A stretch of 64,000 bases of DNA. It comes from the human T2T-CHM13v2.0 reference genome, Homo sapiens. Positions 1 to 17,209 of this stretch are shown here, piece after piece. How positions within the stretch are numbered: the first letter of the stretch is position 1; each line of letters begins with the position of its first letter. The notes under the pieces are model-generated. The model was not told the origin of the DNA, did no database searches, and saw only the letters and a program-made list of their open reading frames with translations. Made by a program: the position numbers and the translations under genes. The DNA lies in assembly GCF_009914755.1 (NCBI RefSeq), contig NC_060929.1. One strand, 5' to 3'.

Positions 1-339
1 TTGAAAGCTGATGTTAGAGCGGAACTGTTCTTTCCTGCCCAGACGTTTCCTTCTGTGTGGGAAGAGCCTAATAAGTGTAACACGCTGACCTCTGTCCCCC
101 TTTCCTCTCTCTGTACTAAGATTTATGAAATTACTGCATTGATAATTAATGGAGACTGTCGCTGTTGACTGTGCGCTTCCCTTTTTTGCTCTGGGGTGTG
201 AACTTGCCTGCAGGGAGTGCGGTTCTGCTCTGCTGGTTTAGGCTTCGTCTTACCTGGGCAGGTGGCTGTTGTCCAGAGGCCTGTCCCAGTTGGTCATGAC
301 TAACGACTGGGTGGATAGGTCTGTGAAACTCTGAAATTA

Positions 340-745
340 GTTGGCAGTTCCAGTTGACCTGTAATCATTTTTTCTATCTTATTCTGTGTTAGAACCTACC
401 AGGCAGCCATTGAAATTCCTCGTCACCTTGCATGGAAATGGGAGTGTCCCGGCACCAGGCTAAGCTGCATTTTCCAGCCTCTCTTGCTGTTGGACGTGTG
501 CTACCTGGTGGGGGAGTCACAGCCATGAGACGTGAGAAGTGACACCAAGGCTTCTGAGCATTGTGTGTGACCTTCCTCTTCACTCTTTCCCCTACAGTGG
601 CTGGATGCAGATGAAGACGAAGCCCTGCGGATGGGTGTGCTGCGAGTTGAAACGATCCTAGGCTCTGAATCGTTGTGCAGAGCAGTTCTACATGCCAACA
701 AAACCACGTGCCTTGGACTGCAATTTTTATTAAGTACTCGATATT
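340..745 (+). mobile_element. Old MaLR LTR (MLT1 family), diverged
   Basis: MLT1-type motif CTGCATTTTCCAGCCTCTCTTGCTGTTGG at ~466-493; boundaries approximate. Confidence 0.5.
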
Positions 746-778
746 TTTTCATATACATAGTAAAAACATATAAAGGGT

Positions 779-1509
779 TGTAACCATCCAATGGGTTCAC
801 CTTGCCCACTGCCTAGACAGAGCCAATTGATCAAGACAGGGGAATAGCAATGGAGAAAGAGTGATTCAGGCTTAGCCAGCTGTGTGGGAGACTGGGGTTT
901 TATTGTTACTCAAGTCAGTCTCCCTGAGCCTTCCGGGATCCGCGTTTTTAAAGACAATTTGGTGGGTAGGGGCTCAGTAAGTGGGGAGTGCTGATTGGTC
1001 GTGCTGGAAATGGAATCGTAGGTGGCCGTATTTAGGTTTTCTTGGTGTCTTCTGTTCCTGGGTGGGATTGCAGAAAAGATTGAGCCAAATTACAGGCCTG
1101 GGTGGTGTCAACTGATCCATCAAGTGCAGGGTCTGCAAAATATCTGAAGCACTGATCTTAGGCTTTACAATAGTGATGTTATCCCAGGAGCAATCTCGGG
1201 AGGTTCAGATTCTGACAGCCAGAGGCTGCATGACCCCTAAACCTTAATTTCTAATCTTGTAGCTAATTTGTTAGCCCTACAAAGGCAGACTGGTCCCCAG
1301 GCAAGAAGGGAGTCTTTTTGGGAAAGGACTATTATCAATTTTCTTTTAGAGTCAAACTATAAACTAAATTCCTTCCCAAGGTTAGTTTGGCTGATGCCCA
1401 AGAATGAACAAGGACAGCTTAAAGGTTAGAAGCAAGATGGAGTCAGTTAGGTCTGACCTCTTTCACTGTCATAATTTCCTCAGTTATAATTTTTGCAAAG
1501 GTGGTTTCA
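779..1509 (-). mobile_element. LTR8A solo LTR (ERV1)
   Basis: TG...CA termini; reverse complement begins TGAAACCACCTTTGCAAAAATTATAACTGAGGAAATTATGACAGTGAAAGAG like LTR8A; near-TSD GGGT/AGGT. Confidence 0.9.
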
Positions 1510-1899
1510 AGGTCAGAAGCAATTATATTTCTAGGCTAATTTAGTCCTGTATTTGCAGATCCTGTTGACTTGAGATACTGGGTAAATTAGTAAACACAAA
1601 CAGCATCATTTGGTTCAATATAGGGCACCTCATTTAAACTATTTTATTAATTAATGACAAAAATGTAGCAATTAGTTTATTTCTACCGTCTCAAAAATGG
1701 TTAAATTGCTCTAAATCATTCTGTTTCTGATTTGTTGTGAACATTTTGGTGAATTGGCACACAGTTAACTCTCACAGTGACAGGGAATGCCCTGAGCGGG
1801 TGCAGTGGATTTCTTTGACCTATGCAGCAACACCTGCCATGGCCCTGAGATACAGGGTAATGTGCTGTTGCTGTTGCATGGTTAGAGTCAGAAAACAAG

Positions 1900-2075
1900 A
1901 GTTTGGGAAAAGCGGGTAAGGAAAAAAACTCTACCTCTTACTAACTGTACAAACTCAGCAAGCTATTTAACCTCCGTGATCCTCATTATCTTCATTGGTA
2001 AATCAAGAACAAACAGGGTTCTCACCTTATGAGGATGTTAAGGGATGTAACTTATGTGAATCATGTGGACAAAAG
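1900..2075 (+). mobile_element. MIR SINE fragment
   Basis: Diverged MIR core: ...CAAGCTATTTAACCTCCGTGATCCTCATTATCTTCATTGGTAAA... Confidence 0.65.
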
Positions 2076-2189
2076 TCGGCTCCCAGCAGGTTACGGTTCA
2101 GTCATAGATATCATCAAAGTTATTCTAAATGTTGAGAGACTCCCATCACATCTGCAGGTGGCCCCAGGGAGAGTCTGGGTCAATGCACA

Positions 2190-3150
2190 AGTTTGACGTA
2201 AACACAGAGGAGGCAAGCAGGCATGAAAATTCAGAGATAGAGGGGTGGAAAGTATGTTCAGGAATGGCCAGGCTAAGAAGGTGATTTTTGAACAAAGACC
2301 TGAAGGACATAGGGGAATTAAGGCCCTGTATACACCTGCTCAGGCTGTCACAATAAATCAGAGAGCGGGTGCTTAAATAACAGAAATTTGTTTTCTCATA
2401 ATTCTGGAGGCTGGAAGTTCAAGATGGGGGTGTCAACAGGGCATTTGCTCTGAGGGCTCTCTCCTTGGCCTGTAGATGCCATCTTCTCCCTGTGTCTTCT
2501 CCCTTTGTTTTCCTAGAGTCTTCCCTCTATGCATGTCTGTGTCCAAATTCACTCTTCTAATAAGGACACCAGTCATATTGAATGGAGGCTTCATTTTAAC
2601 TCTACCTCTTTAGAGGTCCTGTCTTCAAATACAGTCATGTTCTAAGATAGTGAGGATTTCAACATATGAATTTTGGGGCATACACATTTGAGCTCATCAC
2701 TAGAGCTAAGAATAGAAACTGCCTGGTGAATTCTAGAACTGAGACCAGTCCCCTCCCTAGGACAGAGGGAAAGGATAAAGGATAGAGAGCATGAAGGAGA
2801 TATGGGCCAAGGCAGACAGGCCAGGTCGGCTGGCACAGGGGTGGGTTGGGGTGGGGAGATTCTGGTTTTACTCTGAGTGATGGGAGATGATGGAGGAGAG
2901 GCAGGGCCTGATTTAGATCTTAAAGGGACCCCTTCATTCTGTGGATAATAGGTGGCAGGGGGTCTGTGCAAGGCCAGCAAGAGCAGTAGAGCTGCCAGGA
3001 AGCTACTGCTATTTGATGCTATGCTCAACAAAACAGTGCTTGGATCATGGACCTGTGGTGGATGTCGTAAGAAATGATCATATTCTGGGTCTATTTTGGT
3101 GTCATACAGAAAGGATTGGCTGAGGAACTGGATGTGAGGGATGTGAGAAA
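2190..3150 (-). mobile_element. L2 LINE fragments, interrupted by MLT1B
   Basis: Purine-rich antisense L2 motifs (GAAGGTGATTTTTGAACAAAGACCTGAAGG; GGATTGGCTGAGGAACTGGATGTG). Confidence 0.6.
2327..2702 (-). mobile_element. MLT1B-like MaLR LTR
   Basis: CAGAAATTTGTTTTCTCATAATTCTGGAGGCTGGAAGTTCAAG and TAAGGACACCAGTCATATTG motifs. Confidence 0.8.
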
Positions 3151-5416
3151 GAAGGATTTGTTTTGAAATATGTATACATTATGGAGTGGCAAAATTGGCC
3201 TAATTAACATTTGCATTACCTCACAGACTTACCGTTTTTTAATACTTAATTCTCTCAGTGATTTTCAAGAACACATTGTTATTAACTTTATTCTTTATGT
3301 TATAGACTAGATTTCTTGAACTTATTCTTCTTATCTAACTGAAATTTTGTGTCCTTCAACCAACATCTCTCCCATCCCATGCTTCTCACCCCAGCTCTTA
3401 GCAAACACCATTCTACTCTCTGCTTCTACGAGTTCAGTGTTTTTTGAATGCACATGTGAGTGATAACATGTATTTGACTTTTTGTTCCTGGCTTATTTCA
3501 TCTAACATAATGTCCTCCAGATTCATCCACGTTGTCAGAGAGGACAGGATTTCCTTCTTTGTAAAGTCTGAATGGTATTTCCTTGCATATATATGCTACA
3601 TTTTCTTATCCATTCATCCTTTGGTGAATACTCTGGTTGATTTCATATCTTAGCTATTGCAAATAATGCTGCAGTGAACATGGGAGTGCAGATATCTCTT
3701 CAACATGCTGATTTCATTTCCTTTAGAAGTATACCAGCAGTGGAATTGTTGGATCATTTGGGAGTTCTAATTTTAATTGTTTGAGGCGCCTCCATACTGT
3801 TTTCAATATGGGTGAACTAACTTACATTCCCACAAATAGTGTGCAAGGGTTCCTTTTTCTCCACATCCTTATCAATGCTTATCTTTTGTCTTTTTGACAA
3901 TATCCATCCTAACAGGTGTGAGGTGATAGCTCATTGTGGTTTTAATTTGCATTTGCCTGATGATTAGTAATGTTGAGCATTTTTTCAAACATCTGTTGGC
4001 CATTTGTATGGTTTCTTTTGATAAATGTCTATTCAGGGCCTTTGCCCATTTTTAAATAGATTTTTTACTAACTATTGAGTTTCTTATATATTTTGGATAT
4101 TAACCGCTTTTCAGATGTATGGTTTGCAGATATTTTCTCCCATTTTGTAGGTTGTTTGTTCACTCTGTTGATTGTTGACTCCTGTGCAGAGGCTTTTCAA
4201 TTAGTTATAATTTCATTTGTTCATTTTTGCTTCTGCTACTGGTTCCTTTATAGAGTCCTATTTAAAAATTAATTGCTTAGACCAGTGTCATAGAGCTTTT
4301 CTCCTATGATTTCTCCTAGTAACTTTACAGTTTCACATCTTATGTTTAAGTCTACAGTCCATTTTGAGTTGATTTTTGTATATGATGTCCAAATTCCTTC
4401 TTCTGCCTGTGGATATCCAGTTTTTCCAACATCATTTATTGAAGAGACTGTCCTTTACCCATTGTGTGTTCTTGGCATCTTTGTTGAATATCAATTGACC
4501 TTAAATGCATGGATTTATTTCTGGATTCTTCAGTCTATCAATTGGTCTATCTGTCTGCTTTTATGCCAGTACCACACTGTTTGATTACTATAGCTTTGTA
4601 GTATATTTTGAAGTTAGGTAGTATGCTGTCTCCAGCTTTGTTCCTTTTTGTTCGAGATGTTTTTGGCTATCTGGGGTCTTTTGTGTTTCCATATAAATTT
4701 TAGGATTCTCTTCCTATTTATATAAAAATATTATTGGGATTTTGATAGAGATTACATTGAATCTGCAGATTGCTTTGGGTAGTATGAACATTTTAAACAT
4801 ATTAATTTTTCCAATATATGAACATGGGATATTTTTCCATTTATTTGTGTCTTCTACAATTTATGTTATCAATATTTTATAGTTTTTGGCATACAAGCCT
4901 TCCACCTCCTTGGTTAAATTTATTCCTAAGTATTTTATTTTTTTGGTAATATTGTAAATAGGAATGTTTGATTTTTTGTCAGTTCTTTGTTAGTGTGTAG
5001 AAGTGGTACTCATTTTTGTATGCTGATTTTTAATCCTGCTAATTTACTAAGTTTGTTTATCAGTTCTAACAGTTCTTGGTGAAGTCTTTAGGTTTTTCTA
5101 TGTATATGATCATGTCATCTGTAAACAGGGAAAATTTGACTTGTTTATTTTCAATTTGGATGCTTTTATTTGTTTCTCCTGCTTAATTTCACTGGCTAGG
5201 TCTTCCAGAAATGTGTTGAATAAGAATGGCAAGAGTGGGCGTCCTTGTCATGTTTCTGATATTAGAGGAAGCTTTTAACTTTTTCCCACTGAGTATGATG
5301 TTGTTGGTTGTGAGTTTGTCACATTTCTTTTATTGTTTTGAAGTACATTCCTTCTATTACTAAGTTGTTGAGAGTTTTTAAGCCATAAATGAATATTGAA
5401 TTTTGTCAAATGCTTT

Positions 5417-6308
5417 GAGTAGGGGTTCCCATGAACCCTCTTTAGACACAATTTGCTAAAGTGAGTCACTAATCTTGGGGAAACACTTACTTAATTTACT
5501 GGCTTATTGTAAAGGATATTTTAAAAAAATAAAAGTAAACAACCAGATGAAGAAAAACACAGGGCAATGTCTGGAAGGACATTGGAGCACAGGAGCTTCT
5601 GTTTCCAAGGAACTGGGGTGCACCACACTCCTGCCCTGTGGAAGAGTTCTTGTTCACCTTTCAGCAAGTCTCCAAAAGCTCAGCTGCCCAGAAGCTCTTT
5701 GTACCCTGTCCTCTTGGCTGTTAATGGCGACTTCATGGAACAGGCATGATTGAAGATTTACAACTGTGTAGAGATGTGATTCGCCAAAGAGGGTATGATC
5801 TACTACTAATAGAGCAAGTAGGAAAACACAGCAAGGCCTGTCTGGATTCTTCTTGGCCTCTCTGTGCGGCATTCCTTCCCCTAGGGTGTGGAGCAGGACC
5901 CCTTCTGGAATGGGAGTCTTATGACCTACAGTTAGACAAGGAAGGTCAGAGAATTTCTTTATGGCCAGCTCCAAGAAAGAAAGGCAAGGGAAGATTAGAG
6001 CATATTTTTAGTTCCTATGCCCTGTCCTGGGGAGAAAAAGAAGCAAGAAAAAGGAGGGCAGGAGAAGGTCAAAGAAAGATTTTGTTTTCTGAGGCCTGCT
6101 TCTGAGGCCTAAATGCCCCAAAATTATAACTAAAGCCTATCTTTCACGTTTCTTGCTCTGAAGCTATTCTATAGATGCTTGAAAAACAAGGACAAAAGGC
6201 CAAATACTTTTACAAAAGATATGCTTATTGTTTTGTTACTTAGGAAACAACAGGGATTACAAGAGGAATTATGAATGAAAGCCAATATATAAATATCACA
6301 AAATCACA
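5417..6308 (-). mobile_element. MER21-family LTR nested in L1
   Basis: Reverse complement starts TGTGATTTTGTGATATTTATATATTGG; internal CACAGGAGCTTCTGT...GGGGTGCACCAC motif; L1 resumes on both sides. Confidence 0.8.
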
Positions 6309-6511
6309 GTTCTTTATTCTGTTAATGTAGTATATCACATTTATCAATTTGTATTTGTTGCACCATCCTTGCATCCCTGGGATAAATTTAATATGAACAT
6401 GGTGAAAGACTTTTTTTAATATGCTGTTGAATTTTGCTTGCTTGTGTTTTATTGAAGATTTTTGCATTTATGTTCATCAGAGATATTGGCCTATAATTTT
6501 CTTTTCCTTTT

Positions 6512-6892
<381 letters not shown>

Positions 6893-8184
6893 TAAAATGA
6901 GTTTGGACATATTCCTTCTTCTTAATTTTTTGGATGGGTTTGAGAAAGATTGATATTAGTCATTTAAATGTTTGATAGAATTCAACAGTGAAGCCAATAG
7001 GTCCTGGGCTTTTTGTTGATAGGAACTTTTTTACTACTGATTCAATCTCCCTACTCATTAGTCTGTTCAGATTTTCTGTTTCTTCATGATTCAGTTATGG
7101 TAGGTTGTATGCCTCTAGGAATTCATCCATTTCTTCTGGGTTATCCATTTTGTTACTGTATAATTGTTCCTAGTAACCTCTTATGAGTTTTGTATTTCGT
7201 TGGTATCAACTGTAATGTCTCTTCTTTATTTGCAGTTTTATTCACTATTCCCTCTTTTTTTTTTAAGTCTAGTTAAAGGTTTGCTGACTTTGTTTTTACA
7301 AAAAGCTAACTCAAAGTTTTGCTGAACTTTTGTGTTTTTCTAGTCTCTGTACCATTTATTTCTGATATGGTGTTCATTTTTTCTTTCTGTCCATGGGCTT
7401 AGTTTGTTTTTTGTTTTAGGTTCTTGAGGTGTAATGTTAGATTTTTAATTTTATTTGATGTAAGTATAGCTACCTCCAGTCCCTTTTGATTTTTATTTGT
7501 GTAAAATGTTTTTTTTTCACTTTTAGTCTATGTATTTCCTTAACTGTGATGAAAATCTCTTGTAGATGATATATAGCAGGGTCTTGTTTCTTTTATCCAT
7601 TCAGCCTTTATATGTCTTTAGATTTGACAATTTAATCCATTTACATTTAAGATATTCACTGATAAGTACTATTGCCATTTTGTTAATTGTTTTGTAAATC
7701 CTTTCTTCCTCCTTTGCTATCTTCATGATTAGATGATTTTCTTTAGTAGTGTGCCTTGATTCTTTATTGTTTTATCTTTTGTTATTTACAACAGGTTTGC
7801 GCATTGCGGTTCCCATGAGGGCTTATGTAAAACAACTTATAACAAGCCATCATAAGTTGATAGCAACTTAACTTTGATCACATGAAAAAACTCAACATTT
7901 TTCATTTTTATTCTACTCTTCCCCCACATTTTATGTTGATGTTACAATTTGTATCTTTTTATATATCTTTAACAAATTATAGCTATAATTATTTTTAATT
8001 GTTTTGTTTTTTAACTTTTGTACTAAAAACACACTTTTACCAATGAGTTTTATATTTTGATATGTTTTCATGCTATTAATTAACTTCCTTTCCTTTCAGC
8101 TTGATGAACCTCCTTTAGCATTTCGTGTAAGATAAGCCTGTTGGTGATAAACATCCTCAGCTTTTGTTCCTCTGGGAAAGTCTT

Positions 8185-10905
<2,721 letters not shown>

Positions 10906-13119
10906 CTTTGTCTCTCCTTTATTTATGAAAGACAGCATAGTCAGGTACAGAATTCTTAGTTTGCAGGGTTTCCACCCACCCCCTTTAGAACTTTGATTAT
11001 ATTAGTCCACTTTTTCCTGGCCTATAAGTTTTCTACTGAGACTCGTAGCTTTACTAGAACTACTTTACATGTGATATGCTTCTTTTATCTTGCTGCTTTC
11101 AGAATCTTCTTTTTCTATTTGATTTTTGACAGTTTGATTATAATATGTCTCAGTGTAGTCTTGTTTGAAGTGATTCTTATTGGAGACTTTCGACCTTCCT
11201 GTACCCAGATATTAATAGATTTTTTTCAGATTTTGAGAGTATTTCTGCTGTTATATTAAAAATAACATTTCTGTCTCTTTGTCTCTCTCTTGTCTTTTTG
11301 AACCCCTATAATTCAAATATTTTCTGTTTATGCTCTCACATAAATTCTGCAAGCTTTCTCCATTCTCTTTTCTTCTCTAACTGTATATTTTCAAATAACT
11401 GGTCTTTGAGTTCACTGATTGTTTCTTCTGCTTGACTAATTTTGCTGTTGATAATCTCTATTGCATTTTTTATTTAACAATATGATTTTTTCAGTCCCAT
11501 AATTTGTTTGATTTTCAAAAAATAATTTAATGTCTCTGTTAAATTTCTTGTTTTAGTTGTTTATTGTTTCCCTGATTTTGTTCCGTAGTTTATATTTTCT
11601 TGAAGTTCACTGAGCTTTCTTAAAATAATTATCTTGAATTCTTTGTCAAGGAGTTTACAAATTTTCCTGTCTTTAGGCTCATTTACTGGCTCTTTTTGTT
11701 GTTGTTGTTCCTTTGGTAGTGTCATGTTTCCCTGATTATTCCCCGCCATTGTAGTTGTGCATGATTGTCTGCACATTTGAAGAAGTAGGGACTGTTTTTT
11801 GTCTTTGCAGACTTGTTCCTTCAGGGAAAGCCCCCCTTCACCAGTCAGCTTGTCCAGAGATACTGAGCAGGCTGTCTACTAAGGTCTGTGGGTAGGCTTG
11901 CTGCTGAATCTTCAGACATGGCCTGGTACTTGATACCTGGGTCAAGAAGTAGGTGGTCTTGGTGCCTGGGTTTGTGGGGTTGTGCCTGGAGCCTGAATGC
12001 ACTGGCAGGGGTGGAGGGCAAGGAGAAGGGAGGGATTTTGATTGTGTATGTGGGAACTTGCCTGAAGCCTGGGGTAGAGTGACCTAATACTGAGATGGAC
12101 CTTGAGCTTGAGTCTTCAGGAGCCAGCCAGGCACTTGGATAGGCCTGGCAGCTGTATCCGCTGAGACACAACTGGAACCTGAGCCTACAGAGGCTGGCCT
12201 ACACACTGGGGTATGGAGACCAGCCTGGAGCCTGAGTTCACGGGGTCTATTCTAAAGGCTGGGTGTGTAGGTGCTGGCCTGGAGGCTAGGTTCATGAGGG
12301 CTTGCTTGGGTACTGGCTGGCCTGGAACCTGGGTCCACAAGGTTGGTCCTGGAGCCTGAGTTCATGGGCATCAGCCCAGAACTGAGGTCTAGTGGGATGG
12401 GCCTGGACCCTCAGTCTGCTGGAGTATGGGTCTACTAGGACCCACTTGACATTAAGCAGGCCTAGTGCCTGTTTCAGCGGTACTGACCTGGCACTGGGGT
12501 GCAACCAAAGCCTGGAGCTCTATAAACTGACCTGGCTCTGGAATCTGGGGTAGGCCTGGATCCTGAGGCCAAAGGGGCTCACCTGGTTTTGGGTAGGCCT
12601 GAAGTCTGTATCCACAGCATCCTTTCTGGAGGATGGGTCCATGGATGCCAGCCTGGCAGAGGGGTGGGTCCAGAGACTGAGCCTACTGGCAAGGCCAGGA
12701 GCCTGGGCTGTAGGATCTGGCCTGGTACTGGGGCTGGCCTCAAGGCTAAGTCTGAGGCCAGGCATCTTGGGCCATGGGGACCTGGCCAATGCTGGGTTTT
12801 ACTGGGGCAGGCCTGGTGTTAAGGTTGAGGCAAAGCCTAATGCTCACTTCCCACTCCTCTGAAGATGGTATTAATAAATCTTTTTCCCCCGTGCTGCCTG
12901 GGGCTTGGGGAAGGGTGATGCAGGTGATATCAAACTGTCCTTACTACCCTCATCAGTGAGTCTTTTGTTATTCACAGCTCCACCTAGGTGCTATAATCTC
13001 TCACCTGGTTTCATTAGCTCTTTGAAAGTATTTTTGTGCATGGACAGTTGTTCAAATTGATTTTTCTGTGGGGGAATGAGCATTTGGAAAGTCTGATTTT
13101 CCCATCTTGCTGATGTCCA

Positions 13120-13309
13120 ACCTGCCTTCTTCTTATAAGGAAGGACCTGTATAATTACACTGGGCTTACCTGATAATTCAGGATAATCCACATTAAGATC
13201 CTTATCTTTATCACATCTGCAGTCTCTTTTGTCATGTATGATTACATATTGACAGGTTTCAGGGAACAGGATGTAGGTATTTTCGGGGGCTATTATTCTA
13301 TCTACCACA
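13120..13309 (-). mobile_element. MLT1D-like LTR 5' fragment
   Basis: ATCACATCTGCAGTCTCTTTTGTCATG...GGGGGCTATTATTCTATCTACCACA terminus. Confidence 0.75.
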
Positions 13310-14242
13310 TTTACAAAATCCTTAGAACAATATCTGATATGTTCTATGTACTCAAGTGTCATATGGTATTACTGCCTCCTTTTTATTAAAATACAAAGGG
13401 TACTGTTCTGTGCTCTTGAACAGAGTCAGCAAGATTTCTGCAAGACCTCTGGGGAAGGAATTTCATGTTTACTGTTTCACAGCTATGTAGCTATTAACAT
13501 ATCTTTATCTGCTCTTCCTGAAACTAGTATCATACACTTTAAATTAACATTTACATATGCAGTTTTCAAAGTTACACATCTGACTGTATTGCATTCAGAA
13601 TTTATTTTAAGCTATAAATGTCACCTCTTTAAAACCACAGTATTAAAAAAATCTGTTAAAACATTTATGTCATAGTTTCTAATTGTGCTTTTAAATTTTT
13701 CGTTATGAGATGTGTTCCTCAATACAGGCAACTGAAAGCCATCAATAATTCAATTATAAATATTTGATAATAATATGTGGATAAAACAATTGCTTGTCAA
13801 TTTTGATATATAAACTATTTTGAGGCACAGTATCTCATGACAATCCAGGCTGTGATTACATTTTACTAAACCAGGACTTCTCAATTTGGTTCTTACAAGT
13901 CATTATATTATTTTTTTTCAGACTTGTCTGCTAGTAAATTCATGCTATATGAATAATAATTGTAACTATACAATAAATTTTCCAATAATTATATTCTTTT
14001 GCAAAATTTGGAATAAATTTAGTTACCCTGTGACAAATGTTGCAGTAAATATCTTTAAATTGGGCCATTTTGCTTTTCATTTCCTACAGTTTTAAATTCA
14101 TCAAATGACCATTTCTTTTGTCTCCAACAATTAAAAAAAGAATCCCTGCAATAAAGTCTTGTCCTTGTTTTGGCCATGAAATGATTTGGCCATGGGTAGG
14201 TTTTGGCATATGGTGGGGGAGGCAGCATTTTCCTGGTGGACA

Positions 14243-14737
14243 GTGTTGGGAGGTAGCTCACGATGGGCCTCTGTCACTCCTACATATCTTGCTGAGTGGT
14301 CCAAAATCTCAATGCCCTGACTATTCTTTCACCTGTACCACCTCTCAGGATTGTTTATGCAGCTTGCAGTACTGAAGAGTGAAAATATGCAGCCAAGAAT
14401 GTACTACATGGTTCTTGCTGAAAGTGTTCTTTCTCTGACAAAGGATGGGGTTGGTTACAGCTTACACAGAAGTAGCAGATTTCATAAGCTCAAAGTTTTT
14501 CTCCTATTGTGCACCCCATTTTCCATGCAGCTCCACTTGGACTTCTGCAACACCCAGTGGGATTTGTAGCTCTAGGTGCCAGTGGGACTGTGGTAATAAT
14601 CCTGCTGTTGCCGATACTATGAGTCATAAAGTCCTTTGTTTCTGACCTAGGGGTTGTGTATCTTTTGTCAGCACCCAAAGAATGCAGCAAGTTAACTTGA
14701 TAATTTATCATCATTCTGATGGGAGTGCTCTTCCACA
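14243..14737 (+). mobile_element. LTR40-family solo LTR (ERVL)
   Basis: Starts TGTTGGGAGG; ATAAAGTCCTTTGTTTCTGACCTAGG polyA-signal region. Confidence 0.7.
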
Positions 14738-15219
14738 CTGACGTAGTGTCAATGTGGGGTAATATCCTTATGGATGATTATTGTTGAGAGGCTATTTTAT
14801 CAAAACCTTCCTCTCCAATGAACCACTACTTGTCAAGTTGGCCTGAACTGCCGATGCTGGACATCACTCAGCTGGTTCAGATTAATCAAGTGCCTAGAAG
14901 TGGCTTTAGACAATAAAACCATGAGGGCCTTAACAGGCCTAAAGAGAAACCCCCTTTTCCAGTCTCCCTCACCTAAGCAAGAGTCTTGGCCCCAAGCATG
15001 GAGTCTGGAATTGGAAGGGTGAGCACCCTCATACCACTGTCATCTTGCATCCCAGACTGTGCTAACTGGTTCCTACCCAGACGGCTGGTGGGATGAGATC
15101 CTACCTTGCCAGGATCCCATGTCTGGCAAGTTGCAGAGCTGAGATTCACCGTGTTCTAGCAACAACTCTTGCAACCTTTCTAATCACAAGGTGATGAATA
15201 GTCCGTAAAAATGCCCAAA

Positions 15220-15290
15220 TCTCAGAAATCACCACTTAGGAACTTAGAACACTACCTGTTCCTCAAAAATCTATTGAAATTTAAAAAAGC
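15220..15290 (+). mobile_element. Very short L1PB-like 3' terminus
   Basis: ATCTCAGAAATCACCACT...CTACCTGTTCCTCAAAAATCTATTGAAAT then A-tract; candidate TSD AA[A/G]ATGCCCAAA at 15208-15219 and 15294-15305. Confidence 0.6.
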
Positions 15291-15455
15291 CAGAAGATGC
15301 CCAAAATATTCATTTTCTTTGGTTCATTTGTACAATAACTTATGTTCTGAAAATAATAAAAAGAATGAGGATTAATAATATTCATCTGAGAATCTCATTT
15401 TTTCATTCATAAATTACATATATGATTGATACAATTTGCCTTTTTCAATTATGTC

Positions 15456-15751
15456 TTTTTTTTTTTTTTTTGAAATGGAGTCTCACTCTGTCTCCCAGGC
15501 TGGAGTGCAGTGGCGAGGTCTTTGCTCACCGCAAGCTCCGCCTCCCAGGTTCACGCCGTTCTCCTGCCTCAGCCTCCGGAGCAGCTGGGATTACAGGCGC
15601 CCACCACCATGCCTGGCTAATTTTTTGTGTTTTTAGTAGAGACGGGGTTTCACTGTGTTATCCAGGATGGTCTCGATCTCCTGACGTCGTGATCCACCTG
15701 CCTTGGCCTCCCAAAGTGCTGGGATTACAGGCGTGAGCCACCGCACCAGCC
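15456..15751 (-). mobile_element. AluY
   Basis: GCAAGCTCCGCCTCCC and CAGGATGGTCTCGATCTCCTGAC diagnostics; TSD TTATGTC. Confidence 0.92.
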
Positions 15752-16316
15752 TTATGTCATCTTTAATATTGATCATTCTATCCAATTATCAAAGAGAAGA
15801 TGAATTAATTTATCCAGTCTCCCACTGGAGCACAGATGAGGAGTGAAAACATGAGCGGGTAGAGAGGGGCCCCTAAGCTGCTGTGGCCACTGTGTGAGAG
15901 CGTGCGAAATGGTGCCTCCCTCCCTCCTGCAAGAAGCCTAGTGTCCAGCCAGTGAGAAAACAGACAACTGAAAGTGAGTTGCTGTCCCTCACTGTGGGAC
16001 AGCAGGTGAGGGCAAGACGGTCTTTGAGGAGAAGCAGTACAGACGGAGTGTGCTCGGCAGTGAAGGCAGACCTCATGGAGGCTGCAGCAGGGAGAGGACT
16101 TTGTGAAGATGCAGGCTGCAAATTGGGTTGCCAAGGTCCGTGGGTGCTGAGGGTAGGGCAAAGCCTTCCAGGGAGGGAGAGAAGCAAGGACAGAGGCAAG
16201 GATGGCAGGTATAATGCACAGAGATTGGAAGATGCACAGAAATGGCTCCAGAGAGACAGGCGAACTCATTACGAGGGAATTTCAAAGTGAAGTGGATGGC
16301 TAAACTGGAGCCAAGC

Positions 16317-17099
16317 GGTTATGGCTGAACATTTGTGTCTCCTCCAAATTCGTATGTTAAATTCTAACCCTCATGGTGACAATTTTAGGAGATGGAACCT
16401 TTGCGAGGTGATGAAGCCATGAAAGTTGTATTAGTCAATTCTTGCATCATAATAAAGAAATACCTGAGGCTGGGTCATTTATAAAGAAAAGAGATTTAGT
16501 TGGCTCACGGTTCTGCAGACTGTACAGGAAGCATGGTGCTGGCGTCTGCTTCAGGTGGGGGCCTCAGAGAGTTTACAGTCCTGGTAGAAGGCAAAAGGGG
16601 AGCTGGTGTATCACATGGCCAGGGGGACGCCAGGGGGAGCAAGAGAGAGTGAAGGGGACTTTTAAACAACCAGATCTCACGTGAACTGAGTGAGAACTCA
16701 CTTGTCACCAGGGGGATAGTGCTAAACCATTCATGAGGCATCCACCCCCATGATCTATTCACCTCCTACCAGGCCCCATGTCCAACATTGGGAACCACAT
16801 TTCAACATGAGATTTGGAGGGGACAGACATCCAAACCATGTAAAAGGCGGAGCCCTCATGAATGGTATTTGTGTCCTTATAAAAGAGACCTCAGAGAACT
16901 AGCTCACTCTTTCCACCAGTGAGACAGCAATAAAAAATCAGCAGTCCGCAGCCAAGAAGAGAGCTCTTATCAGAATTTAACCCCGCTGGCATGCTTATCT
17001 TGGGCTTCCAGCCTCCAGAATTGTGAGAAATAAATTTCTGTTGTTTATAAGCCACACAGTCTTGGGTACTTTGTGATACAGCATGAACTGACTAAGATG
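16317..17099 (+). mobile_element. MLT1A0-like LTR split by MSTB
   Basis: 5' part 16317-16426; 3' part 16844-17099 with CCAGCCTCCAGAATTGTGAGAAATAAATTTCTGTTGTTTATAAGCCAC. Confidence 0.85.
16427..16843 (-). mobile_element. MSTB-like LTR
   Basis: TGTATTAGTC...GGCTCACGGTTCTGCAGACTGTACAGGAAGCATGG...ACATTTCAACATGAGATTTGGAGGGGAC. Confidence 0.88.
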
Positions 17100-17209
17100 C
17101 AAGTTGAGCAGGAATTTGATGACTAACTGAGTGGATTTTATTTTATTTTTTAAGAATTAGAAGGAGAAAAAAGAAAAGAAAAAGAAGAGAAGGAGAAAAT
17201 GAATGGAAA

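Noticed and set aside
11850-12900. GC-rich segment with recurring CTGGCCTGGAGCCTG motifs (array or CpG island?)
   Set aside because: CpG-depleted, degenerate repeats of the L1M 5'UTR; no repeat-spacer structure
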